Assembly: GCA_902778205.1 (NCBI GenBank)
Contig: CACYWX010000006.1
Coordinates: forward strand, 1 to 45,123
Length of the DNA: 45,123 bases
Source of the DNA: an uncultured Ruminococcus sp.
GTDB taxonomy: Bacteria > Bacillota > Clostridia > Oscillospirales > CAG-272
Direction of reading: 5' to 3'
Shown here in pieces: positions 35,811-44,928 of this stretch; positions within the stretch are counted from its first letter, which is position 1; every line of letters starts with the position of its first letter. A program made the position numbers and the translations under genes. Below the pieces are notes generated by a model, which did not search any database, was not told the DNA's origin, and saw only the letters and a program-made list of their open reading frames with translations.

Positions 35811-36740
35811 ATGGACGACAGCAGAGACAAGTACGCAAAACCCGGCAAGGGAAACCGGAACGACCGGGCAGGAGAAGGCAGAAGGCCGGATTGGAAACCG
35901 CGGGACAGATCGGATCCGCGGCCGGGAGCCGACCGGGACAGATCCGACAGACGGGGCGCGGCCGACAGACAGACGCGGAACAAGCCCGGATTCGACCGCC
36001 GCGGGAAGCAGGAGAATCTGATCATCGGACGGAACGCCGTGGCGGAGCTGATCCGGTCCGGTGCGCCTGTGGACAGGATCTACGCTTCCGGGGTAGAGGG
36101 ATCGGTGATCCCCATCCTGGCCGAGGCGCGGGCCGCCGGCATCACCGTGATCGAAACCACGAACGAAGCGCTGGACCGCATGGCCGGGGGCGAACGTCAT
36201 CAGGGCATCGCCGCGGCGGCCGCGGAAAAGGCGTATTCCACCGTGGAGGACATACTGAAAATCGCAGAGGAGCGGGGCGAGAAGCCTCTGATCGTGGTCT
36301 GCGACGGGATCGAGGATCCGCACAATCTGGGCGCCGTGATCCGGTGCGCGGAATGTGCCGGCGCTCACGGGGTCATCATCCCCGAGCGGCGCGCCTGCGG
36401 ACTGACTCCAGCCGTGGCCAGAGCGTCCGCCGGAGCCATCATCCACATGGCGGTGGCGAAGGTCCCGAACATCGCCTCCGTCATCGAGACGCTGAAAAAG
36501 GCGGGGGTCTGGACCTTCGCGGCCGAGGCGGGCGGGACGGACTTTTTCGAGGCCGACTGGAACCTGCCCTGTGCCATCGTCATGGGCGGGGAGGACTCCG
36601 GCGTCAGCCGCCTGGTGCGCGAGCGATGCGATTTCACCGTTTCGATTCCCATGTACGGTCATGTGAATTCCCTGAATGTGTCTACGGCGGCGTCCGTTCT
36701 CCTCTGCCACGCGGCGAGGATGCAGCGGAAGGGCGGCTGA
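35811..36740 (+). CDS. rlmB: 23S rRNA (guanosine-2'-O)-methyltransferase RlmB (SpoU/TrmH family) with Arg/Asp-rich N-terminal extension
   Basis: ATG at 35811. SpoU_sub_bind-like GRNAVAELIRSG and SpoU motifs DGIEDPHNLGAVIRCAECAGAHGVI, IVMGGEDSGVS and IPMYGHVNSLNVSTAASVLL. TGGTATAAT extended -10 at 35747-35755. Confidence 0.85.
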   Translation: MDDSRDKYAKPGKGNRNDRAGEGRRPDWKPRDRSDPRPGADRDRSDRRGAADRQTRNKPGFDRRGKQENLIIGRNAVAELIRSGAPVDRIYASGVEGSVIPILAEARAAGITVIETTNEALDRMAGGERHQGIAAAAAEKAYSTVEDILKIAEERGEKPLIVVCDGIEDPHNLGAVIRCAECAGAHGVIIPERRACGLTPAVARASAGAIIHMAVAKVPNIASVIETLKKAGVWTFAAEAGGTDFFEADWNLPCAIVMGGEDSGVSRLVRERCDFTVSIPMYGHVNSLNVSTAASVLLCHAARMQRKGG

Positions 36741-36818
36741 ACGGGACCTGATCCCGAACCGGCGAAGAAAGGAAGGACCGCGGGTCTCCCCCATCGGGAG
36801 CCGGGTCCGACAGAGGAT

Positions 36819-39800
36819 ATGGCGAAGCATAAGAATAAGAAGAACTCCCTGTTCCATTCCGGGCGCGACGAAGGAAACGAGAAGAACGGCGCGCGTCTCA
36901 CGGGGGATTCCATCGATCTGACGGCGAACCCCGGCGAGGAATCGGACAGTGATCTGGACATCAACGAGCTGTTGAGAAAGTACATGCCCGAGTACCGGGA
37001 CGAGCGGGAAGCCGACGCCCGGATTGACGAGCTGTTTTCAGCGGCAGAGGATAAGACGGAGCCTGAGCCGGAGGAATCCGGAGCGGACGAGCTGACTCTG
37101 CCCCCCGATCCAGAAGTCCTTCGGACGGCGGAGGAGACTCCCGCGGAACTGCCCCTGGATTTATCCGAGGATTTTTCCGCGGATCTCTCTTCGGTCTTTT
37201 CCGAAGATCTGACCGGGGAGACCCCGGACGAGCTGATTCCGGACGGCGCGCTTTCGTCGGACGATGTGTCCCGGGCTCAAGCCGAGGGATCGGATGATGC
37301 GTTTGACGGCGCGGATCTCTTCTCCGGATCGGAGGACGGAGCGGCTGACAAGGAGTCTAAGGAGTCGTTTGAAGATTTCATGAGCCGGATCGGTCCGGAA
37401 GAACCGGAATCCGAACCGGCGGCCGAAGAAGCTCCCGCGGCTCCCGTTCCCGAACGGGGAGGCCTTTTCTCGCGGATCCTGAAAACCACCGAGGAGGAGG
37501 CCGCCGCCGCTCCCGAAGCCGAGCCTGCGGCTGAAGCGCCGGTCAGCGGGGAGGAATCCGGGATCTTCTCGCGCATCCGCCGCACGGTGGAGGACGAGGA
37601 GAACCGCCGGGCGGAGCAGATCATGAGCGACGAGGAGCTTCTGTCCGCGCTGGATTCCGCCTTTGCGCCTCCGGCGGAGGACGGCTCCGTGGACGGGGAT
37701 TTTCAGGTTCCCGTATCGGAGGTTCCCGGCAGGTTTGCCAAGGACGACGTGATCCGGGAATACGAATTCGATCTCAGCCAGGACGGTCAGACGGCGGACA
37801 ACGGACAGGCTCCGGAAGATCCGGCCCCTGTCTTTACCGCTTCCAACACCGTGGACAGCCTGAATGACAGCGCCCGGGATCTGGATTTCGCGGACGACCG
37901 GGCGGCGGATGAGGTTCTCGGTCAGACCGGCAAGCCCGTGGGTCAGGAGATGACGGACGAGCAGGTGATGGCGCTCTTCGGCGAGGTCAAGCCTCAGAAG
38001 AAGAAGTTCTCCCTGTTCCACCGAAAGAAAAAGCCGAAGGCCGCGCTGGCGGAGGACGAATTCCTGCCCGACGACGCGGGGTACGGAAACGGGATCCCGG
38101 CGGCTCCGCAGAACGGAATGCCCGTATACCCGCAGAACGACATGGCCGGATACCCGCAGGACGGTGCGCAGATCCCCGCCGAAGGATTCGCCGACATGCC
38201 CGCGGACAACGCTGAGCCCGTACCTGCGGACTGGAACCCGGATGTCCCGGCCGACTGGAATCCGGAGGTCTCCGCGAGCTTCGACGGAAATGCGTTCGGA
38301 GGGGAGCTCCCTCAGACGGACGGATCCGGCGTACCCGCGTTTGACGCAAATGCCGCGGAGGACGATACGGACGCCCTGATCGCGGAGGCTACGGCAGCCG
38401 TGTTCGGACGGAACAGCCGCGCGGACCAGACCGTCCCCGACGCTCCGTACAACGCAGTTTCCGACGTCTCCGGTGCTGTTCCCGAAGCGGAAAACGGCGG
38501 ACAGCTGTGGGAGGATCTGCAGTACGCGGAAGAAATGGCGAAGGAAACCGGTTCGTCCGGCGATGCGTTCGACGGATTCGGGGAATTCCCGGAGAGCGGA
38601 AGCATTGATGACGAGGTGGAGGCCCTGTGGCGTCAGGCGACGGCGGGGAACGAATCCGTCGATGCCTCTTCAGCGGATCCCGTCTTTGCCGACGACGGCT
38701 TCGGAGCCGCTTCGGACAATCCCGTCCCCGCAGAGCAGACGGCCCCGGCACCCGGAACGTCCGGCGGATGGGCCCGGTTCGCGGAAAAGGCCGCACGGAC
38801 AGCAGATGCCGCGGAACCGGAGATTCCCGCGTCCGACGGAAACGCCGATCAGATGTGGGAGGACGCCGCCGCCGCACTTCAGAATGCCGCTCAGGAGCAT
38901 TCCGTGGCGGTGAGCGCGGAGATGGGAACGGAAGCGCCCGCTCCGGAACCCACCCCTGCCCGGGAACCCGGAAAGGTCCCCTTTGTGCGGCAGTCCAGAC
39001 GGTCCGCGTCCAATCTTTCCGACGAGGAACTCCTGCAGTGGGCGGCGGAGACCCTGGCGGAAAACAGCGTATCCCACGATTTCGATCCGACTCCCGCGCC
39101 CGCCGAAAAGGCGGAGGAGCCCGGGATCACCGCAGATACGGCACCGGCTGAGGCTCCCATCGCCGACGTGGGCGAGGAGATCCCCGACGTGGAGGCCTTC
39201 CGGGAGGATAATGCGGCGGAGCTGCCCCATGTGACGGCGGATTCCAGCATCCACGATCTCGAGAACTACGTCTCCTCCATGGGCAATTCCGGGACCCAGG
39301 AGCAGAGCGATCCCGGACAGGACACCCATACCTGGCAGGCTCCCGACAAGCCGTATACCGAGGAGGAATTCGATCCCACCGACATCAACCTGATGGTGGC
39401 CTTCGATCTGGATGACGGCAAGGGCGGACAGTCCGGAAAGGCCAAGGCCCTGGGCGACAAGCTGGCAAAGAGACAGCAGAATCGGGACACCACGGTGCGT
39501 CTGGACCGGCCGGAATTCGTGGACCGGACCCAGATCCCCGCCATCCGGAAGGAATACCGGAACCGCTCCCTGTCCCTCTTCATCCGGCTGGTGCTGTGCG
39601 TCGTGTTCGGCGTCCTGCTCTTCCTGTATGAAAACATCGAGCCCGTCACCAAGCTGCTGACCGGAACCGGGATGCAGTTCGGCGGCGTGCTGGATCCCAG
39701 AGTCTATCCCGCCGTATATGCCATGGTGAGCCTCCAGCTGATGCTCTTCTGCTGCCTCTGCGCCTACGAGGAGATCATTGCCGGCGTGAAGGCCGTATTC

Positions 39801-41246
39801 ACGGGCATTCCGAAGCCGGAATCCATGACCGGCCTGCTGGCTCTGGCCGGAATCCTGTACTCCGCCGTGGTGGCCCGCGTCACCGAGCCCCCGGAGGAGC
39901 CCGTGATGTTCAACTTCCTGGTAGGTCTGGCCTGCTTCATGACTCTCATGAGCGCGGTGTACCAGAACAAGCGGGAGATGATGAACTTCCGCATCGTATC
40001 CTCCAAGAAGACCAAGCACATCGTGCGGCGGCTCAGAGACGACGAATCCGAGCTGGAGGCCCGGGCCTTCGCCGAAGCCGAGGATGCCTGCGACGTCATG
40101 AAGATCGAAAAGACCGATTTCATCGACGGATTCTTCGCGCGCCTCCAGAAGCCCGACCAGACCACGGGGACCTTCATGATGTTCGTCATGGGCGCCGCGG
40201 TGCTGCTGGCGGTGGTGGTGGGCATTATCGACCGGGTGAGGGGCGGAACCTCCGCGGACGTGGCGCGGGTGATTTACGAATCCCTGCTCATGATCACGCC
40301 CATGTCGGTGTTCATCGCCTTCTCCTACCCCTTCTTCCGGGCGAACCTGACGGCGAGGGACTACGACAGCGCCATCATCGGCGAAACGTCGCTTGAGGAG
40401 TATTCCAACGCCTCCATCATCAGCTTTGACGACAAGAACGTGTTCCCGTCCCTGTCCGTCAAGGTCCAGAACGTGCGGATCTACAACAACGCCCGGATCG
40501 ACCGCGTCCTGTACTATGCATCCTCGGTGTTCGCCTGCGCGGGCGGTCCCCTGCAGGATGTGTTTGAGGACGTGACCAAGGATCTGGGGATCTCGTCCAG
40601 CGTCAAGATCTTCGAGACCGAGGACGATTTCCTGGCTACCCAGGTGGACGGCGTCAACATCATCTTCGGCGGATGCGAGAAGCTGCGGGCCCGTGGCTTC
40701 GTCATCGGAGACGAGGCCGCGGAGGACGACGTGGATCTCTCCGACGAGCTATCCATCATGTACATGTTCCGCGAGAACAAGCTGGTGGCGAAGATGTACA
40801 TCAAGTACGAGATGGATCCCGACATCGACAGCATTCTGAAGCAGTTCTCCGGCAACGGCCTCTACGCCTGCGTCCGGACCTTCGACCCCAACATCAACGA
40901 GGAAATGGTGTCGAAGAAGCTCAGCATGAAGAAGATGCCCCTCAAGATCGTACGCTACGCCAATCTGGACGAGGTAGCGACCTACGAGGCCAAGGTGGAT
41001 TCCGGGCTTGTGACCTGCGGACAGCAGAAGTCCCTCCTGCAGGTCATCGCCTACTGCGGCAAGGTGCTCCGGACCAAGAAGACCCACATCGCCCTGAGCG
41101 TTCTGGCGATTCTGGTCAGCACCGCCATCGTGACGATCCTGGAGCTGGCGGACCTTCTGCCCGGCATGAATTCCCTTATCCTGACCCTGTATCAGCTGGC
41201 GTGGCTGATCCCCACTGTCATCACCTCCCGCGTGTTCATCCGGTAA
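36819..41246 (+). CDS. large protein: ~880-aa acidic low-complexity N-terminal region plus C-terminal polytopic domain resembling a catalytically degenerate P1B-type ATPase
   Basis: Uninterrupted 1475-codon ORF. ATG follows AGAGGA. The C-terminal ~590 aa have TM pairs and soluble inserts in P-type ATPase order, with TPM (40296-40304) where CPC sits, DDKNV (40428-40442) for DKTGT, and FDPN (40881-40892) for TGDN. See findings. Confidence 0.75.
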   Translation: MAKHKNKKNSLFHSGRDEGNEKNGARLTGDSIDLTANPGEESDSDLDINELLRKYMPEYRDEREADARIDELFSAAEDKTEPEPEESGADELTLPPDPEVLRTAEETPAELPLDLSEDFSADLSSVFSEDLTGETPDELIPDGALSSDDVSRAQAEGSDDAFDGADLFSGSEDGAADKESKESFEDFMSRIGPEEPESEPAAEEAPAAPVPERGGLFSRILKTTEEEAAAAPEAEPAAEAPVSGEESGIFSRIRRTVEDEENRRAEQIMSDEELLSALDSAFAPPAEDGSVDGDFQVPVSEVPGRFAKDDVIREYEFDLSQDGQTADNGQAPEDPAPVFTASNTVDSLNDSARDLDFADDRAADEVLGQTGKPVGQEMTDEQVMALFGEVKPQKKKFSLFHRKKKPKAALAEDEFLPDDAGYGNGIPAAPQNGMPVYPQNDMAGYPQDGAQIPAEGFADMPADNAEPVPADWNPDVPADWNPEVSASFDGNAFGGELPQTDGSGVPAFDANAAEDDTDALIAEATAAVFGRNSRADQTVPDAPYNAVSDVSGAVPEAENGGQLWEDLQYAEEMAKETGSSGDAFDGFGEFPESGSIDDEVEALWRQATAGNESVDASSADPVFADDGFGAASDNPVPAEQTAPAPGTSGGWARFAEKAARTADAAEPEIPASDGNADQMWEDAAAALQNAAQEHSVAVSAEMGTEAPAPEPTPAREPGKVPFVRQSRRSASNLSDEELLQWAAETLAENSVSHDFDPTPAPAEKAEEPGITADTAPAEAPIADVGEEIPDVEAFREDNAAELPHVTADSSIHDLENYVSSMGNSGTQEQSDPGQDTHTWQAPDKPYTEEEFDPTDINLMVAFDLDDGKGGQSGKAKALGDKLAKRQQNRDTTVRLDRPEFVDRTQIPAIRKEYRNRSLSLFIRLVLCVVFGVLLFLYENIEPVTKLLTGTGMQFGGVLDPRVYPAVYAMVSLQLMLFCCLCAYEEIIAGVKAVFTGIPKPESMTGLLALAGILYSAVVARVTEPPEEPVMFNFLVGLACFMTLMSAVYQNKREMMNFRIVSSKKTKHIVRRLRDDESELEARAFAEAEDACDVMKIEKTDFIDGFFARLQKPDQTTGTFMMFVMGAAVLLAVVVGIIDRVRGGTSADVARVIYESLLMITPMSVFIAFSYPFFRANLTARDYDSAIIGETSLEEYSNASIISFDDKNVFPSLSVKVQNVRIYNNARIDRVLYYASSVFACAGGPLQDVFEDVTKDLGISSSVKIFETEDDFLATQVDGVNIIFGGCEKLRARGFVIGDEAAEDDVDLSDELSIMYMFRENKLVAKMYIKYEMDPDIDSILKQFSGNGLYACVRTFDPNINEEMVSKKLSMKKMPLKIVRYANLDEVATYEAKVDSGLVTCGQQKSLLQVIAYCGKVLRTKKTHIALSVLAILVSTAIVTILELADLLPGMNSLILTLYQLAWLIPTVITSRVFIR

Positions 41247-41270
41247 TACGCGGCGTAAATCCGAACCCTG

Positions 41271-41311
41271 CCCCCGATCCTTGCACGATCACGCACGGAC
41301 CGGGGGTTTTT
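41271..41311 (+). terminator. probable intrinsic terminator
   Basis: CCCCCGATCC (41271-41280) pairs with GGACCGGGGG (41297-41306) with one mismatch, then TTTTT (41307-41311). Confidence 0.55.
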
Positions 41312-41322
41312 CGCGCTCTTCC

Positions 41323-41351
41323 TTGACACCGGCGCGGAATTCGGGTATAAT
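41323..41351 (+). promoter_or_regulatory. consensus sigma-A promoter
   Basis: TTGACA (41323-41328), 17-nt spacer, then TATAAT (41346-41351), about 35 nt upstream of the ATG at 41385. Confidence 0.75.
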
Positions 41352-41384
41352 ACAAGGAGATTGCTTTGACGAACGAGGTGCGCT

Positions 41385-43994
41385 ATGAGAGAGGACATCC
41401 GGAGCTTTATCGCCGACGTGCAGAAGCCGGGGCGGTATACGGGAGGCGAGACGGGCAGCGTGTTCAAGGACCCGGCCGACGTGAAAATGCGGGTGGCGTT
41501 CTGCTTTCCGGATACCTACGAGATCGGCATGTCCAATCTGGGGATGCGGATCCTGGTGGACTGCTTCAATTCCGTGGAGGGCGTCTGGTGCGAGCGGGTG
41601 TACGCTCCCTGGATCGACATGGAGGAGGAGATGCGGAAGCGGGGGATCCCTCTGTTCACCCACGAAAGCGGGGACGCGGTGGGCACCTTCCACATGATCG
41701 GCATCACCATGCAGTACGAGCTGTGCTACACCACCATGCTGAACATGCTGGACCTGGCCGGCCTGAAGATCCGCCGGGACGAGCGGGGAGAGGACGATCC
41801 CATCATTCTGGCGGGCGGACCCTGCTCCTACAATCCGGAGCCGGTGGCGGACTTCGTGGACATCTTCTCCATCGGTGAGGGAGAGGAGGCGCTTCCCGAG
41901 CTGGCGCGGCTGTGGCTGAAAATGCACGAGGAAGGGACTTACACCAAGCGGGACTTCCTGTACCGGGCCGCCACGGAGCTCAAGGGCTTCTACGTGCCCA
42001 TGTTCTACCACATCTCCTATCACGACGACGGGACCGTGGCCGCCATCGAGACCGCGGACGAGAAGATCCCGCCGGTGGTGACCAAGCGGGTGGTGGAAAA
42101 CTTCGACGCCTGCATCCCGCCGCTGAATCCCGTCATGCCCAATATCGAGACGGTTCACGACCGGGTGACCGTGGAGGTGGTCCGGGGCTGTACCCGCGGA
42201 TGCCGGTTCTGTCAGGCGGGCATGGTGTGCCGTCCGGTGCGGGAGAAGTCCCCGGAGACCCTGGACTGCATCGCGAAGACCATGATCCAGAACTCCGGCT
42301 ACGACGAGATTTCCCTGTCATCCCTGTCTATCTCCGACTACACCAAGATCAGCGAGCTGACGGACCGGCTCCTGGAGTGGACCGACGACGCCATGGTGAA
42401 CCTGTCCCTGCCCTCCATGCGGGCGGATTCCTTTACGAAGGAGCTCATGGATAAGATCTCCTCCGTGCGCTCCTCCACCCTGACCTTCGCGCCCGAGGCC
42501 GGAACGCCCAGAATGCGGGACGTGATCAACAAGAACATCACGGAGGAGGAGATCCTCAGAGCCTGCCGGGTGGCCTACGAGGCGGGGAAGAATCAGATCA
42601 AGCTGTACTTCATGGACGGCCTGCCGGGCGAGACCTATGAGGACATCGAGGGCATTGCCGCGCTGGCCTCCCATGTGGTGGACGAATACTACAGGACCCC
42701 GGGCCGGAATAAGGCGAGACAGCCCCAGGTGACCCTGTCCGTTGCCTGCTTCATCCCGAAGCCTCACACGCCCTTCCAGTGGGAGCGGCAGAACACCCCC
42801 GAGGAGCTGGCTGAAAAGCAGGCGTTCCTGTCCTCCAAGATCACGGACCGGAAGGTGCGGTACAACTACCACGACGCCAAGGTCTCCCGCATCGAGGCGG
42901 TGTTCGCCCGGGGGGACCGCCGTCTGGGACGCGCTCTGGAGGAGGCGGCGCGCCGTCACGTGCGGTTCGACGCCTGGGAGGACTGCTTCGACTACGACGG
43001 ATGGATGGACATTTTCGAGACCGTGGGGATCGATCCGTCCTTCTACGCCAACCGGACCATCCCGGACGACGAGATCCTCCCCTGGGACATGATCTCCTGC
43101 GGCGTGAACAAGTCCTTCCTGCTGTCCGAGCGGCACAAAGCTCAGGAGGCGGTGGCGACGCCTGCCTGCCGGGACAAATGCTCCGGGTGCGGAGTCAATA
43201 AGCTGGTGGACAAGCAGTACTGCCGCTGGTGTCCCGGCCATCCCGAAAGCTCCGACAGTGCGGGGAAGATCACCTCCGACAAAGAGCACGTCAGAAAGAC
43301 CGCGGAGCCGGGCAAGGGGAACGTGAAGCCCGCCAGACAGATCCGGATCCGGTTCCGGAAGTGCGGCGCGATGCTCTATATCTCCCATCTGGACATGGCG
43401 AAAACCGTCATGAGGTCCATCGTGCGCTCCGGCCTGCCGGTGTATTATTCCGAGGGCTTTAATCCGAAGCCGAAGCTGGTGTTCGGAACGCCCCTGTCCG
43501 TGGGATGCGGCGGCGAGGCGGAGGTGCTGGATATCCGGCTCATGAAGGCGGTGTCCAACGGGGAGATCCTGGAGCGGCTCCGCGCCGTCATGCCGAACGG
43601 GGTGGAGGTCACCCAGGTCTACGAGCAGAAGGGAAAGCTGACCGAGGTCAAGTGGGCGGAGAACGTCATCGAATGGCACGGAACCGATCCCGAAGACGGA
43701 CTGGCGGAGAGAATCGAGGTGATGTTCCGCGCCCCCGTGATCATGACCAAGCGGTCCAAGAGCGGTGAGAAAGAGGTGGACATCACGAGCTTTATCCGAT
43801 CCCTGAGGGCGGAGACGCTGGAGGACGGCCTGAAGGTCACCGCCGTCACCGCCGCCGAGCAGGAGAACTATCTGAATCCCGAGTACATCGCCCAGGCGGT
43901 GGAGAGGGAGTTCCGTGTGTCCGGGGAGCGAGGCTGGCACGTCATCGACCGGACGCGGCTGCTCCTCTCGGACGGCGAGACGGATTTCATCTGA
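41385..43994 (+). CDS. B12-binding-domain radical SAM protein (TIGR03960-like) fused to a DUF2344/TIGR03936-like C-terminal domain
   Basis: VEVVRGCTRGCRFCQAGM (CxxxCxxC radical SAM cluster). N-terminal block RVAFCFPDTYEIGMSNLGMRIL. C-terminal IRIRFRKCGAMLYISHLDMAKTVMRSIVRSGLPVYYSEGFNPKPKLVFGTPLSVG is typical of the DUF2344 partner domain. Confidence 0.85.
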   Translation: MREDIRSFIADVQKPGRYTGGETGSVFKDPADVKMRVAFCFPDTYEIGMSNLGMRILVDCFNSVEGVWCERVYAPWIDMEEEMRKRGIPLFTHESGDAVGTFHMIGITMQYELCYTTMLNMLDLAGLKIRRDERGEDDPIILAGGPCSYNPEPVADFVDIFSIGEGEEALPELARLWLKMHEEGTYTKRDFLYRAATELKGFYVPMFYHISYHDDGTVAAIETADEKIPPVVTKRVVENFDACIPPLNPVMPNIETVHDRVTVEVVRGCTRGCRFCQAGMVCRPVREKSPETLDCIAKTMIQNSGYDEISLSSLSISDYTKISELTDRLLEWTDDAMVNLSLPSMRADSFTKELMDKISSVRSSTLTFAPEAGTPRMRDVINKNITEEEILRACRVAYEAGKNQIKLYFMDGLPGETYEDIEGIAALASHVVDEYYRTPGRNKARQPQVTLSVACFIPKPHTPFQWERQNTPEELAEKQAFLSSKITDRKVRYNYHDAKVSRIEAVFARGDRRLGRALEEAARRHVRFDAWEDCFDYDGWMDIFETVGIDPSFYANRTIPDDEILPWDMISCGVNKSFLLSERHKAQEAVATPACRDKCSGCGVNKLVDKQYCRWCPGHPESSDSAGKITSDKEHVRKTAEPGKGNVKPARQIRIRFRKCGAMLYISHLDMAKTVMRSIVRSGLPVYYSEGFNPKPKLVFGTPLSVGCGGEAEVLDIRLMKAVSNGEILERLRAVMPNGVEVTQVYEQKGKLTEVKWAENVIEWHGTDPEDGLAERIEVMFRAPVIMTKRSKSGEKEVDITSFIRSLRAETLEDGLKVTAVTAAEQENYLNPEYIAQAVEREFRVSGERGWHVIDRTRLLLSDGETDFI

Positions 43995-44030
43995 GCGGAA
44001 CGCGGACGGGTAAACGAGAGCCGTTGAGAC

Positions 44031-44063
44031 AGGAGGGCGTCAGGAAAGGGCGTCCTCCTTTTT
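44031..44063 (+). terminator. intrinsic terminator of the radical SAM gene (overlaps the 3' end of the convergent DUF421 gene)
   Basis: AGGAGGGCG (44031-44039) pairs with CGTCCTCCT (44051-44059) with one G-U pair, running into the T-run 44059-44063. Confidence 0.65.
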
Positions 44064-44720
44064 GACGCAGCAGATCCCTCCCGCGTCGTCCACCGTGAAC
44101 AGGAACACGTCGGGGAGGGACAGGCGGCGGGAGGTCAGATCGTCGTCCAGCCGGGAACGATCCCATCCGGCCAGCTCCAGCCCGTCGGGAACGATTTGTC
44201 CGTCCAGGACGCAGATGTGCGCGACACCCTTTTCCGCCCCGGATGCCCGGATGTCCTCCCGGGTGGCGGTAGACTGCGCGGAGGTGGGAAAGACGGAAAG
44301 ACGCCCGTTGTCCTCCAGAATGGCGTAATATACGTCCCGGAGGTCCGAATAGCCGGCCTGGCGAAGCTCCGCCATCAGCTCCTCGAGCTCCATGCGGTTC
44401 CGCTTCATTTCACGGAGGTCGATCCGTCCCCGCCGGATGATGACGGAAGGGCTACCGTAAAAGATCCTTTTCAGCAGATTGCTGCGTAGAAGGACGAAGG
44501 ATACGGACAACTCCAGAACGAGAAGGACCAGCACGGAGAGGACGCAGTGGGAGAGAGGAAGATTCGGCGTGGTAATGGGAGCGGAGGCGATTTCGGACAG
44601 CAGGATGGTGATGATGAATTCCGAGGTCTGAAGCTCGCCGATCTGCCGCTTTCCCATGATGCGGATCACAATTACCAGAAGGAAGTAGACAACAACGGTC
44701 CGTATAAGCATGGTAAACAT
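44040..44720 (-). CDS. DUF421 (YetF-like) membrane protein
   Basis: MFTMLIRTVVVYFLLVIVIRIMGKRQIGELQTSEFIITILLSEIAS is the typical DUF421 N-terminus. ATG at 44720 was chosen over the TTG at 44726. The RBS is weak, so the start is uncertain. Confidence 0.75.
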   Translation of the reverse strand: MFTMLIRTVVVYFLLVIVIRIMGKRQIGELQTSEFIITILLSEIASAPITTPNLPLSHCVLSVLVLLVLELSVSFVLLRSNLLKRIFYGSPSVIIRRGRIDLREMKRNRMELEELMAELRQAGYSDLRDVYYAILEDNGRLSVFPTSAQSTATREDIRASGAEKGVAHICVLDGQIVPDGLELAGWDRSRLDDDLTSRRLSLPDVFLFTVDDAGGICCVKKEDALS

Positions 44721-44795
44721 GACCAAAGGATGGACAAGAACGGATGAGGTTATTCAGTCAGTTCGTAGTTTTGCGGAAAAATCTTCAAAAAAGCC

Positions 44796-44824
44796 TTGAC
44801 AATGCTGGTCTGATGTGATAGAAT
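44796..44824 (+). promoter_or_regulatory. rRNA operon promoter P1
   Basis: TTGACA (44796-44801), 17-nt spacer ending in TGA, then TAGAAT (44819-44824). An A-rich UP-like tract sits upstream (GGAAAAATCTTCAAAAAAGCC). Confidence 0.75.
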
Positions 44825-44899
44825 ACGGGAGCTGTCGCGGGGAGGGATCCTCCGGGGGCATACCGCAGAAAAAACTTTGAAAAAAGTTTTAAAAAGGGG

Positions 44900-44928
44900 T
44901 TGACAAAAGCTCCGGTCTGTGGTAGAAT
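44900..44928 (+). promoter_or_regulatory. rRNA operon promoter P2
   Basis: TTGACA (44900-44905), 17-nt spacer ending in TGG, then TAGAAT (44923-44928). An A/T-rich UP-like tract (AAAAAACTTTGAAAAAAGTTTTAAAAAGGGG) sits upstream. It is a near duplicate of P1, 104 bp upstream. Confidence 0.75.

Noticed and set aside
38222-38270. Short tandem DNA repeat (two ~24-nt units) inside the large ORF, considered as a VNTR or CRISPR-like repeat
   Set aside because: It has only two imperfect copies, in frame (PADWNPDV / PADWNPEV), within a low-complexity coding region. It is not a repeat array.
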